Assembly (NCBI GenBank): GCA_035510555.1
Contig: DATKGX010000033.1
Coordinates: 1-63,003 of the forward strand
Direction of reading: 5' to 3'
DNA: 63,003 nt
Origin: Patescibacteria group bacterium
GTDB taxonomy: Bacteria > Patescibacteriota > Microgenomatia > Levybacterales > UBA12049
Made by a program: the position numbers and the translations under genes. Position 1 is the first letter of the stretch. Each line of letters starts with the position of its first letter. Of this stretch, positions 30,882 to 40,233 are shown piece by piece. The notes beneath the pieces were generated by a model. That model was not told where the DNA came from, searched no databases, and saw only the letters and a program-made list of their open reading frames with translations.

Positions 30882-31699
30882 ACTTCTCTACTTAAGAGGC
30901 TATAAATTTCTTTAATTTTCGGTCCGGTTATATCCACATCTCCTTTTAATACAATGGTAATTTTTGCCTGAGAGCGCGTTTGAGAGATAGAAGTTCTACT
31001 AAAACCCTGGTTTTGTTCAAGTTTTTTCGCCATTTCGTCTAATTCCGGCACCCAAAGCTTATGCGTGGTCGTTCTAGGCTCTTTTTGCTGGATTTCCCCT
31101 TTGGCCTGCCTGGCCATTTCCTCAGTTTCCCGAACAGTGCTACTTTCCCTTAGGATTTTTTTGAATAACTCCAGCATTAACTTTGGATCGCCCAAAGAAA
31201 TTAATGGCCTAACGTGCCCCTCGGTGATAACTCCGGCCACTAAAGCGTCTTTAATGGCGTCTGGTAAGGATAACAAACGGATTGTGTTGGAGACGGTCGG
31301 CGCGCTTTTGCTGACTTTTCTGGCGACTTCATTTGTCCCCAATCCAAATTCATCGATTAACCTTTTGTAAGCCTGGGCTCTTTCGATCGGGTTCAAGTCT
31401 TCCCTTTGCACGTTTTCGACAATCGACATCTCCAGCATTCCCTGAGGCGTTGTTTCTTTAACCACCACCGGCACTTTCTCCAGACCCAGCACTTTTGCCG
31501 CCCTCCAGCGTCTTTCACCAGCAATTATCTGGTACCCGGCCGGAGTTCTGGCTACCACAATCGGCTCCAAAATTCCCTGCTCTCTAATTGAATCAACTAA
31601 TTCCTGCAGTGAATCGGGAGAAATAATCCCTCTTGGTTGGAGAGGATTTGCCTGCAAAAGGCTTGTTTCCAGTTCGACGATTTGTTGTTGATTATCCAT
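30878..31699 (-). CDS. parB: ParB/Spo0J-type partition protein
   Basis: LQPRG...[10 protein letters not shown]...[14 protein letters not shown] (ParB box) plus an HTH segment. Overlaps rpmA by 8 nt. Confidence 0.85.
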   Translation of the reverse strand: MDNQQQIVELETSLLQANPLQPRGIISPDSLQELVDSIREQGILEPIVVARTPAGYQIIAGERRWRAAKVLGLEKVPVVVKETTPQGMLEMSIVENVQREDLNPIERAQAYKRLIDEFGLGTNEVARKVSKSAPTVSNTIRLLSLPDAIKDALVAGVITEGHVRPLISLGDPKLMLELFKKILRESSTVRETEEMARQAKGEIQQKEPRTTTHKLWVPELDEMAKKLEQNQGFSRTSISQTRSQAKITIVLKGDVDITGPKIKEIYSLLSREV

Positions 31700-31943
31700 T
31701 TAATACTTCAATAACTCTCTTACCGTTTAATTTTTTAAACAAGACTTTTCCGGCCTGTAGGGCAAACAGCGTGAAATCCTTGCCCATTGAAACATTTTTT
31801 CCGGCTCTAAAGTTAGTACCTTTTTGCCTAACCAAAATGCTTCCGGCCAGCGCCTCATGTCCACCATAAATTTTAACGCCTAAACGCTTGGCTCTTGAAT
31901 CCCGATTTCCTTTTACTGCTCCCTGTGCTTTTGTATGTGCCAT
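31692..31943 (-). CDS. rpmA: 50S ribosomal protein L27
   Basis: [24 protein letters not shown]...[10 protein letters not shown] is the L27 signature. Confidence 0.95.
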   Translation of the reverse strand: MAHTKAQGAVKGNRDSRAKRLGVKIYGGHEALAGSILVRQKGTNFRAGKNVSMGKDFTLFALQAGKVLFKKLNGKRVIEVLNG

Positions 31944-32019
31944 AACTTATAATAATTGTGAAAACTGCTCTATTTTAACTTGACTTTTCACAAACTGTCA
32001 AGATATCAAAGAAGGTCAA

Positions 32020-32361
32020 TTAAGACTTTTTACTAGCAGCCTTTTCTTTTCCGCCACCGATTTTTTCAATCTGCACTTTTGTCAGTGCTGCCCTAAACCC
32101 AACTGTTCTTCTGTACCTGACTTTTGATTTAAACTTGGAAACTCTGATTTTTTCGCCTCTTAGATCTTCTAAAATTTTTCCTTCTACTTTTTCGCCTGTT
32201 AAAAACGGCTTGCCGACTTTGACATTGCCATCATTAACTAAAAGCAGCACTTCTGCAAAGCTAATTTTTCCGTCTTTACCCACAACCCGGTCAATTTCAA
32301 TAACGTCGCCCTCCGAGACTTTGTATTGTTTTCCACCGGTTTTGATGACTGCGTATTTCAT
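32020..32361 (-). CDS. rplU: 50S ribosomal protein L21
   Basis: MKYAVIKTGGKQYKVSEGDVI is a canonical L21 N-terminus. Lies upstream of rpmA. Confidence 0.95.
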   Translation of the reverse strand: MKYAVIKTGGKQYKVSEGDVIEIDRVVGKDGKISFAEVLLLVNDGNVKVGKPFLTGEKVEGKILEDLRGEKIRVSKFKSKVRYRRTVGFRAALTKVQIEKIGGGKEKAASKKS

Positions 32362-32385
32362 GATTTATGAATTATAACAAATTTC

Positions 32386-33462
32386 CTACTTAATTTCTAG
32401 GATCTCTTGGCGTCTGCCCTTGCTAATCGCCGAAAGAAAACCTAAGAAGATAAAATTAGAAAGAAGTGAACTTCCACCATAAGAAACAAATGGCAGGGTT
32501 ACACCCACAATCGGCAGAATACCAATGTTCATGCCGATATTGACAAAAATTTGAATTAAGAAAGTAAAAAAGATAATGGCGGCAAAAACTTTAGAAAATT
32601 TATCGTCAGAATTTAAAAATATTGTGTAAATTTTATAAAGGATTAAAGCAAAACAAATTAGCACGATGATTGCTCCGATAAGCCCCAGTTGTTCCGAGAT
32701 GGTGGCAAAAATAAAATCAGTATGCCGCTCGGGCAAAAATCTTAAACCGGATTGTGTTCCCTGTCCCAAACCTCTGCCAATCAGCATGCCTGAACCGACT
32801 GCAATTACCGATTGAATAACGTTATAAGAAGTCCCTAAAGGATCTTTTCCGGGATCAAGAAAAGTCAACACTCTTTGCCTTTGATATTCGTGCAGTAATT
32901 TCCAAACCAAAGGGAAAACCGCCAATAAGGGCAAGAAAAGTCCTGTGAAATATTTTAAAGAAAAGCCCAAATAGATAGTCGTTGCTAAAACAACTAAGGA
33001 ATATAAAAGAGCATTGCCTAAATCCGGCTGAAAAAAGATTAAAAATGCGATTGGACAAAGCAGCAGAAAAACGTTAAGCAAACTTCTAAAATTATAACTT
33101 CTTATGCCCGCCAGATAACTGGCAAAGCTAATTGCCAAAAAAGGTTTTAAAATTTCCGAAAATTGGGCCCTTAAACCTAAAAATTCTACCCAGCGCATTG
33201 AACCCCTGCTTTCTATCCCCAAAAATAGAACTAGAACCAAAAGAATTAAAGAAACAATGTAAATTGGCTTACTGTAAATATCAAGAATTTTATAATTTGT
33301 TTGCGAGAAGAAAATAAAAGCCAATAGCGAAACAATTAAAAAAATGAACTGGCTCCGAAAAAAATCCAAATTTAAAGAAAAGAGAGTCACCAAGCTAATG
33401 ATAACGAGAAGTCCAACCGGAATGATCAAAAACCAATCTATACCTAAACCTTTACTGTTCAT
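32386..33462 (-). CDS. rodA: SEDS-family peptidoglycan polymerase (RodA-like)
   Basis: 358-aa 10-TM protein with PERHTDFIFA and LPFVSYGGSS motifs. A second SEDS gene sits in the dcw cluster, so this one is called RodA-like. Confidence 0.75.
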   Translation of the reverse strand: MNSKGLGIDWFLIIPVGLLVIISLVTLFSLNLDFFRSQFIFLIVSLLAFIFFSQTNYKILDIYSKPIYIVSLILLVLVLFLGIESRGSMRWVEFLGLRAQFSEILKPFLAISFASYLAGIRSYNFRSLLNVFLLLCPIAFLIFFQPDLGNALLYSLVVLATTIYLGFSLKYFTGLFLPLLAVFPLVWKLLHEYQRQRVLTFLDPGKDPLGTSYNVIQSVIAVGSGMLIGRGLGQGTQSGLRFLPERHTDFIFATISEQLGLIGAIIVLICFALILYKIYTIFLNSDDKFSKVFAAIIFFTFLIQIFVNIGMNIGILPIVGVTLPFVSYGGSSLLSNFIFLGFLSAISKGRRQEILEIK

Positions 33463-36337
33463 CTTTTGTCACCGAAAATTCTTCCGCCTCAGTAATCATG
33501 CTTATCAACGCTTTTCTTTTAATGTAAGCTTCATGCTCTTTTGGCCAGAAGGGAATGGTAATCTTTACTTTTTCATTGGGCTGAGTTTGCAATTTTTTTC
33601 TTTCTTCCTGAATTTTCCGCACAATATCACGCGCCAAACCAAAATTTAAATCTAAATTATCATCGCTGGTCTTAGCTAAAACTCTGTAAGCGTCTGCTTT
33701 TTTACCAAACGTTAGATTATAAGCATTGACCTCACTTTTGATGATTTCCAAAACTTCTGCAGATAACTCTTGTGGCCCGTCGTAAACCATTTCCCGAATT
33801 GGAATTCTGACTTTCACTTCGGCTTGTTTTCTAACGGCATGCGCTGATTCAACCACTAACCGTCCGTTAGACATTTGCTCTTCCAATCCTACGTTAATCA
33901 TTTCTTTGTCAAAACTTGGCCAATCAGAAAGATGTACCGACTCCTGAGAAGTTAAATTAGTATAAATCTCTTCTGCTATAAATGGGATAAAAGGAGCCAG
34001 TAATTGAGCTAGAGTAATAAGAACTAGATGTAAAGTTTGGTAACATGCTTTTTTATCCTTATCATCTTCGGCGGAGGGCCCAATCCTGTCTCTACTTCGC
34101 CTGACATACCATAAAGATAAATCATTAACAAAAGTTTCAATACTAAGTGTGGCGGTTTGGATTTCATATTTTTCTAAACCTTTTGTTACGTTATCAACGG
34201 TATTATTCAATCGTGAGATTATCCATCGATCCAAAGCATTTTCACTATCTGCTACCTGCCATTTGCTATCAGCTATATACCCGTCTATGTTGGCATAGGT
34301 AATGAAGAAGTTATAGATATTCCAAAGCATCAAGTGGAACTTCCGGCGCGTTTCGTCAGCCTTTTTATAACCAAACAGTAAGTTCTGTTCAGGGTTATGG
34401 GTAACAAACATCCAGCGCATCACATCTACCCCAATCTTATCCGCTCCCTCATTGAAATCGATTGAATTCCCCCAGGATTTATGCATCGGCCGGCCGTCTT
34501 CACCAAGCATCGAACCGTAACCCAACACCAATTTGAAAGAATTTCGTTTTTCCAAAACAGTGGACATCGCAATCATCGAATAAAACCAGTTTTTGAATTG
34601 TCCGGGGAAAGACTCCGTAATAAAATCTGCCGGGAACCATTCTTCCCAATACTTTTTATCAGTCGTATAGCTTAATGTAGAAAATCCTACGATTCCCGCA
34701 TCCAACCAAACATTACCAACATCATTAACTCTACTAACAACTTTTTGACACTCCGGACATTTGATTTTAACGCTATCGATAAACGGTTTATGCGGAGTAT
34801 GTCCCTCGAAATCCTCCCAACCTTCCACGGCTTTCTCTTGCAGTTCTTCTTTTGAGCCGATTACTTCAAAATGTCCGCATTCGCATTCAAAAACCGGCAA
34901 TGCCAAACCCCAATAGCGGTTTTTTTTGCTGATTAACCAGTCACTCATGTTGGAAAGCCAATCCAACTCTCGCTCCAAACCAAATTCCGGCCGCCACTCT
35001 ATCATCTTGGCCGTATCTTTCATTTCTTCCCTTAGAGTCTTACCGGACTTTTCCTTAACGTCCATTGCGATATACCACTCCTGAGTGACTTTCCAAACTA
35101 ATTCTGTTTTACACCGCCAACAAGCCGGATAACGATGGGTATATTTCTCGGTCTTGAATAAATTATCAGACTTCTTTAAAAACTCGATGATTATTTCCGG
35201 GTGTTTTTTGGCGCTTTGCGAGGAAAACTCGTTCATATCACTTAGATAAAAAGCTTCATCATCGATTAACGCAATCATCGGCAATTTTTCTTTTTTACCC
35301 AAACGGTAATCCTCTGCTCCCTGCCCCGGAGCAACATGCACCATACCTGTTCCTTCTTCAACCGAAATCGGTAAAATTAACGGATCTGAAGAAACCACTT
35401 TATGCTTATAATCACCCAGAGCTTCTTTAACCCGCGGTAGATTATCAAAAGGCGATTCATACAACTTACCTATCAACTCTTTGCCTTTAAAAGTTTTCTT
35501 GACGGTTAAACCAAGTCTTTCCGCCGCCTCTTTAACTACGATATAAGCATTGCCGGCAATTTCGCCTTCGGCCTCGACATAATCTTTAGCCGGATCAATA
35601 GCCACTGCTACATTGCCCGGCAAAGTCCAGGGAGTGGTAGTCCAGGCAAGTAAATAAGTGTTTTTTCGATTAGCCAACGGGTATTCGATAAAAATCGAGT
35701 CGTGAGTTAATTCTTTATAATCTTCGGTGAGCATTTCGTGTTGGGAAATGGCCGTTTCACACCTTGGGCACCATGGCACGCTGTCGGTACCCTTGTAAAT
35801 CCAGCCACGCTCATTGCAGGTTTTTAAGAAATGCCAAATCATGTAATTATTTTCGTCAGACATGGTGTAATAGGAATTGTCCCAATCCATAAAGTAACCA
35901 AGTCTTTTGCTTTGTTCGGTTTGAATGGCGCTGTATTTACCCACTCTGTCTTTACAAAGCTGCACAAATTTAGCAATGGAAGCTTTTTTATCACCGGCGA
36001 CGAGGTTTTCGATATCTTTTTTATTTCGTACTCCCAACTCTTTTTCCACTTCGACTTCTACCCAAAGACCTTGACAATCAAAACCGTTTTGAAAGCGTTG
36101 CTTAAAGCCGCGCATGTTGTAAAACCGCTGCCAGACATCTTTGTAAGTTCTGCCCCAAGCGTGGTGGACGCCCATCGGATTATTGGCGGTAATTGGGCCG
36201 TCTAGAAAGGAAAATCTTGTCTTGGAAGTATCATTTCGATGAAGATATTTTCTTTGCAGTCCTTCTTTGGTCCACTTCTCCAATAATTCATTCTCCAGTT
36301 TGGGAAAATCGACTTGTGGATCAACAGGCTTAAACAT
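33452..36337 (-). CDS. ileS: Isoleucine--tRNA ligase (start revised to the ATG at 36337)
   Basis: HIGH-like GVHHAWGR, KMSKS-like MHKSWGN, Cys-pair zinc motifs (CPRC, CWRC, CECG, CPEC) and LWYVRRSRDR typical of IleRS. The track TTG start at 36373 coincides with a -35 box. Confidence 0.7.
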   Translation of the reverse strand: MFKPVDPQVDFPKLENELLEKWTKEGLQRKYLHRNDTSKTRFSFLDGPITANNPMGVHHAWGRTYKDVWQRFYNMRGFKQRFQNGFDCQGLWVEVEVEKELGVRNKKDIENLVAGDKKASIAKFVQLCKDRVGKYSAIQTEQSKRLGYFMDWDNSYYTMSDENNYMIWHFLKTCNERGWIYKGTDSVPWCPRCETAISQHEMLTEDYKELTHDSIFIEYPLANRKNTYLLAWTTTPWTLPGNVAVAIDPAKDYVEAEGEIAGNAYIVVKEAAERLGLTVKKTFKGKELIGKLYESPFDNLPRVKEALGDYKHKVVSSDPLILPISVEEGTGMVHVAPGQGAEDYRLGKKEKLPMIALIDDEAFYLSDMNEFSSQSAKKHPEIIIEFLKKSDNLFKTEKYTHRYPACWRCKTELVWKVTQEWYIAMDVKEKSGKTLREEMKDTAKMIEWRPEFGLERELDWLSNMSDWLISKKNRYWGLALPVFECECGHFEVIGSKEELQEKAVEGWEDFEGHTPHKPFIDSVKIKCPECQKVVSRVNDVGNVWLDAGIVGFSTLSYTTDKKYWEEWFPADFITESFPGQFKNWFYSMIAMSTVLEKRNSFKLVLGYGSMLGEDGRPMHKSWGNSIDFNEGADKIGVDVMRWMFVTHNPEQNLLFGYKKADETRRKFHLMLWNIYNFFITYANIDGYIADSKWQVADSENALDRWIISRLNNTVDNVTKGLEKYEIQTATLSIETFVNDLSLWYVRRSRDRIGPSAEDDKDKKACYQTLHLVLITLAQLLAPFIPFIAEEIYTNLTSQESVHLSDWPSFDKEMINVGLEEQMSNGRLVVESAHAVRKQAEVKVRIPIREMVYDGPQELSAEVLEIIKSEVNAYNLTFGKKADAYRVLAKTSDDNLDLNFGLARDIVRKIQEERKKLQTQPNEKVKITIPFWPKEHEAYIKRKALISMITEAEEFSVTKDEQ

Positions 36338-36344
36338 AAATTCT

Positions 36345-36373
36345 ATTATAGCTTGCCAGCATAATTTTGACAA
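36345..36373 (-). promoter_or_regulatory. Candidate promoter for leaderless ileS
   Basis: Minus strand: TTGTCA (36373-36368), 17-nt spacer, TATAAT (36350-36345), then 7 nt to the ATG at 36337. No SD. Confidence 0.5.
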
Positions 36374-36449
36374 TGAACTTCAACTTCTTTTCATTATTGA
36401 AAGATTTTTGCTATCATTAAAGTGGTAGTATATTATTAAGTATTTATCT

Positions 36450-38600
36450 ATGCAAAACGATAAGGTGATTTTGGAAATTAAAACTCCCAGAAATACCGAG
36501 GAGACTTCGGAAGCCATGGCTCAATTCCTTTCCAGTCTGGTTAACTTAAAACGCCAGATATTATATTTTTATAAGCGTGGAATTCCGATTAGCCTGGAGA
36601 TTGCCACTTTTGAGCAAAGAACCCATTTTTTTATCGTAGTTCCGCAGAAACTGCAAACCTTTATTGAGGGTCAGCTAACCGCCCAGTACCCAAAAGCGCT
36701 GATTGTCAGAAACAAGGATTATTTACCGGATATTTTAAACTCCCCGGGGCAACTTTATGAGGGGAGACTCAAGCTAAAACACGGAGCCCTGTTCCCCATA
36801 AAAACCTATAAGGATTTTAAAGATGTAGATCCATTAAGCTCGATTTTAGGAATTTTGGCAAAACTGGATAAAGACGACAGGGCGGTAATCCAATACTTAC
36901 TGGTGCCAATCGGTACCGGCTGGCAGGCAAAAGGACAAGGGGCAATTCTTAAAAGCACCGATCCGGACAAAGAAAATCCCCTCAATCAATATAAAAAAAT
37001 TATTACCGATAAAATCAGTCAAAACGGTTTTAGGACGGGAATAAGAATTTTAGTAAAAAGCGATAATCCCAGTTTGTTTTTTAATATTATTAATGGATTT
37101 TCTATTTTTAATAATCCCATTGGTAACAGTTTTTTCCTAAGACGTCCGCATCTTTGGCAAAACAAAAGATTTGAAAAAGCGCTTCTTAGCAGGAGCAGGT
37201 CTTTTATACCGAGTAATCAAGTTCTAAATATTTCGGAAGTTGCCAGTCTTTATCATCTTCCAACAGAACAGCTCGCTAAAATCCACAATCTCTCTTGGAC
37301 CAAAGCCATTTTTTCCGAGCCGCCGGAAAATTTACCGATCGCTCAAGGTTTGGGTGACGCAGAAAAACAGGAGATTAATTTTTTTGCCACTACCGAATTT
37401 AAAAATAAACTGACCAATTTTGGTATCAAAAGAAAAGACAGACGAAAACACACTTATATAATCGGAAAAACCGGCGCCGGAAAATCAACACTCATCGCCA
37501 ACATGGTGATTAATGACATTAGAAATGACGAAGGAGTAGCGGTTATTGACCCGCACGGAGATTTGACGGAAATAATTTTGGATTACATCCCATCGCACCG
37601 GATTAATGACGTAATTTACTTGGACCCATCCGATTCTTCATCCAGCTCTTTTCATCTTAACCCTTTGGAGGTTGGAAACACTCAGAAAGAATTAGTTGCT
37701 TCCGGCATTGTTTCTATTTTTAAAAAGTTGTACGGAAATTCCTGGGGACCAAGACTTGAATATATTCTAAGAAATACTATTTTAACTCTTTTGGAAGTTC
37801 CCGATTCGACTTTTTTGGAAGTTCCCGGTTTATTAACGGATAAAAGTTACCGGGATAAAGTTGTTGCTAAGTTAAACGATCCGGTTTTAAAGAATTACTG
37901 GCTGAACGAATTCGAAACAATGACACCAAGGCTGATGAGCGAGTCTATTTCGCCAATCCTTAATAAAGTCGGCCAATTTATCTCTTCCAATATTGTTAGA
38001 AATATTATCGGCTCGCCTAAATCCACCATTGATTTGGAAAAAATTATGAATGAAGGAAAAATTGTACTACTTAATCTTTCTCAGGGGAAATTAGGAGAAG
38101 ATAATTCGTCGCTTTTAGGCGCGATGATAATTACAAAATTACAATTGGCGGCGATGAACCGGGTTGATTTAGCCGAAGAGCAAAGAAAAGATTTTTATCT
38201 TTACGTTGACGAATTCCAAAACTTTGCCACTAATTCTTTTATTAAGATTTTGTCTGAAGCCAGAAAATACCGCTTAGATTTAATCATGGCAAACCAATAT
38301 ATGGCGCAGGTACCCGAAGATGTCCGGGCGGCGATTTTTGGCAATGTCGGAAGCTTAATTTCTTTTATAGTCGGGGCGCAGGATGCTTTTTACTTAGCCA
38401 AAGAATTAGGAGAAAGATTTAAAGAGGAAGATTTATTGGCTTTGGGCAATTATCAAATTTTAACCAAACTGTCTATTGACAGTATTACTTGCCCGCCATT
38501 TTTGGCGCAAACTTTACCTTTGCCAATCAGTAAAAACCAAAACCGCGAAACGGTAATCCGCGTCTCTAAAGAAAGATATTCCCAGCCCACGAAAGAATAA
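36450..38600 (+). CDS. VirD4/TraD/HerA-like P-loop ATPase with a large N-terminal domain of unknown function
   Basis: Walker A IIGKTGAGKST and Walker B FYLYVDEFQNF, in a C-terminal ATPase module like T4SS coupling proteins or DUF87. The N-terminal ~330 aa is unrecognised. Confidence 0.7.
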   Translation: MQNDKVILEIKTPRNTEETSEAMAQFLSSLVNLKRQILYFYKRGIPISLEIATFEQRTHFFIVVPQKLQTFIEGQLTAQYPKALIVRNKDYLPDILNSPGQLYEGRLKLKHGALFPIKTYKDFKDVDPLSSILGILAKLDKDDRAVIQYLLVPIGTGWQAKGQGAILKSTDPDKENPLNQYKKIITDKISQNGFRTGIRILVKSDNPSLFFNIINGFSIFNNPIGNSFFLRRPHLWQNKRFEKALLSRSRSFIPSNQVLNISEVASLYHLPTEQLAKIHNLSWTKAIFSEPPENLPIAQGLGDAEKQEINFFATTEFKNKLTNFGIKRKDRRKHTYIIGKTGAGKSTLIANMVINDIRNDEGVAVIDPHGDLTEIILDYIPSHRINDVIYLDPSDSSSSSFHLNPLEVGNTQKELVASGIVSIFKKLYGNSWGPRLEYILRNTILTLLEVPDSTFLEVPGLLTDKSYRDKVVAKLNDPVLKNYWLNEFETMTPRLMSESISPILNKVGQFISSNIVRNIIGSPKSTIDLEKIMNEGKIVLLNLSQGKLGEDNSSLLGAMIITKLQLAAMNRVDLAEEQRKDFYLYVDEFQNFATNSFIKILSEARKYRLDLIMANQYMAQVPEDVRAAIFGNVGSLISFIVGAQDAFYLAKELGERFKEEDLLALGNYQILTKLSIDSITCPPFLAQTLPLPISKNQNRETVIRVSKERYSQPTKE

Positions 38601-38618
38601 GCTCTCCAAAAAGGAAAA

Positions 38619-38807
38619 AAGGCACCATGGGGTAATAAAATAAAAAAAGTAGCTGACGAAAAGTCAGCAAGACTGCGCGTGCAGTAAATACTCTTTAGAG
38701 TCTATCACCTTACGGTGCCTTTAACACTTGAGTGCGTTGCGAAAATGGTTCGAGACCTTTCTCAACAGTTAGACTGCGAGTTGATTTCCCGAAACGGGTG
38801 TTTTTTT
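38619..38807 (+). ncRNA. Candidate structured RNA or 3'UTR ending in an intrinsic terminator
   Basis: A closing stem aaggcacc (38619-38626) / ggtgcctt (38714-38721) encloses three hairpins at 38652-38668, 38672-38685 and 38690-38701. Downstream lies cccg-aaa-cggg followed by T7 (38788-38807). No family recognised. Confidence 0.25.
38788..38807 (+). terminator. Weak rho-independent terminator
   Basis: The 4-bp GC stem cccg/cggg, a 3-nt loop, then tgTTTTTTT. Lies 188 nt after the ATPase stop. Confidence 0.4.
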
Positions 38808-38842
38808 GAACATAGTAGTCCTCTTTTCTCCTAAATGGAGAG

Positions 38843-38907
38843 GCTCAGCATCAGGTAGCTTGGTGTGGATCCAAAATTGGATCTTTATACCAGATGCTTG
38901 GCTGAGC
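38843..38907. other. Long imperfect hairpin at the left edge of the high-GC island
   Basis: Arms gctcagcatc (38843-38852) and gatgc-ttg-gctgagc (38893-38907), with an inner palindrome gatccaaaattggatc (38868-38883). Confidence 0.4.
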
Positions 38908-38959
38908 ACACTCCTTACGAGCTACTTATCGGACATAGACGTCCTGCGTGCGAGAGCGA

Positions 38960-40156
38960 TTAGCCCTGCAGAGAACGGCGCTGTGTCCGAATAGTCAAGA
39001 GACCAAGACCAGCGAACGCCAAAGAGACGAGCAGCGCGATGGGCAGGAAGCCCGAGTTGCTGTCAGGACCTGACGTGCCGTTGGTGCTGGTGACAGGCGG
39101 AGTCGCAACCGGAGTCGCACAGGGTGGAGGCGTGACTTGGACAGCTATGGCCGCTCCAACAGAAACGCACGTGGGTGCGGGTGTCGGAGTCGGACATACG
39201 CCGATGGTGAAGGTGCCGCCAACCATGTCGTTAGCCTTGGCATCTCGCCATTCGTATGTGTACACGCCGGGATTCAGCTGGATGGCATCGAAGCCCTTGG
39301 TGACAAGGATGTCGCCGGGTTCGATAACCAGATACCAACCTTCGGGAACGCCGGTGAATGCGACAGTACCGCCGCAATTCACGACAGGATCCGAAGGAGG
39401 AGTCGGCTTGTTGCACAGGCCAAGATCGTTGACGACCGGCCCTGTTACAACCGTGGGGAAATCCGTCCAGCGAACCCACAAATGATCACCGCCGTTGTCG
39501 GCATATGTGGTGGTAGTCATGGGTCCACCCCAACCGCCGCCAGCGATGGGATCGTTTTGGCTGGACCAGTCGATGGAGCTGCTCCAGTTGATTCCGTTAG
39601 TGGAGAACTCCATGCCGTAGCCCTTTACGACGCCCGGAAGAACGATGTACCAATTGAATTCGTTGTACGTCGAATCGGGCGGGTCAGGCGGGTTCTGAAG
39701 TGACGTCTGACATACGGCTGTGATGATGGGCTTAGCCGGCAGTGTCGGGCACGAAGGCGTCGGCAGCGTCTTCGTTTCCGTGAACTCGGTAACCGTCTGG
39801 CCGTGGTCAGTGTAGGTGATGGTTAGGGTGACTGAACCGCTGGTGACCGTCGTGCCGGACTTGCTCCAGATGACGAGGTCGCCAGAGTTGTGCGTTGTGT
39901 CGTAGTGACCGTTGGTGATGCCCGTTTGTCCGGGGATCGTGGTCGTCACTTTGACGGTACGATCCATGGTAACGTTGTTCGCCAACGAGACTACAGCTGT
40001 CCAGCCGACGGGGGCACACGCTTGCGTGACCACGACGTCGCCTGAGTGTCCTTGCACCTGAGCCGGAGCTACGACCGATGTGGCCGAAAAGGCGCCGGCT
40101 ACGAGCAGGATTGAAACCGCGAGCAGACCGAGTTGTCTACCGTATTTCTTGAACAC
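38960..40156 (-). CDS. Secreted, C-terminally anchored cell-surface protein (398 aa)
   Basis: GTG start with GAGG 5 nt upstream. Signal peptide MFKKYGRQLGLLAVSILLVAGAFSA. Beta-rich, Thr/Gly/Cys-containing body, a Pro/Thr linker, then SGFLPIALLVSLAFAGLGLLTI-RTQRR, a hydrophobic helix plus basic tail. Confidence 0.75.
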   Translation of the reverse strand: MFKKYGRQLGLLAVSILLVAGAFSATSVVAPAQVQGHSGDVVVTQACAPVGWTAVVSLANNVTMDRTVKVTTTIPGQTGITNGHYDTTHNSGDLVIWSKSGTTVTSGSVTLTITYTDHGQTVTEFTETKTLPTPSCPTLPAKPIITAVCQTSLQNPPDPPDSTYNEFNWYIVLPGVVKGYGMEFSTNGINWSSSIDWSSQNDPIAGGGWGGPMTTTTYADNGGDHLWVRWTDFPTVVTGPVVNDLGLCNKPTPPSDPVVNCGGTVAFTGVPEGWYLVIEPGDILVTKGFDAIQLNPGVYTYEWRDAKANDMVGGTFTIGVCPTPTPAPTCVSVGAAIAVQVTPPPCATPVATPPVTSTNGTSGPDSNSGFLPIALLVSLAFAGLGLLTIRTQRRSLQG

Positions 40157-40233
40157 GAGTACCTCACTTCGTTGAATAGGACTTCCCTTCCGTGGGAACT
40201 TAACCTTGTCCCTTTGTCCGATTCACCTCCCTA

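Noticed and set aside
31956-31993. A possible parS site near parB (GTGAAAA and TTTTCAC half-sites).
   Set aside because: The half-sites are in the wrong order and 20 nt apart, unlike the contiguous 16-bp palindrome TGTTTCACGTGAAACA. I treat it as a simple hairpin instead.
36338-36373. The 12-codon N-terminal extension of ileS (TTG at 36373).
   Set aside because: The TTG is the first half of a TTGTCA -35 box that is correctly spaced from a TATAAT box. The ATG at 36337 starts the conserved MFKPVDPQVDFP sequence.
39039-39703. Plus-strand ORFs of 148 and 188 aa (39039-39485 and 39137-39703), plus other ORFs inside the high-GC island (39231-39479, 39807-40019, 40133-40486, 40903-41187, 40943-41320, 41214-41504).
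   Set aside because: They lie antisense to, or out of frame with, the 398-aa and 184-aa genes. They are Arg/Gly/Pro-rich low-complexity translations typical of stop-poor frames in GC-rich DNA. None has the SD sites that the four accepted genes have.
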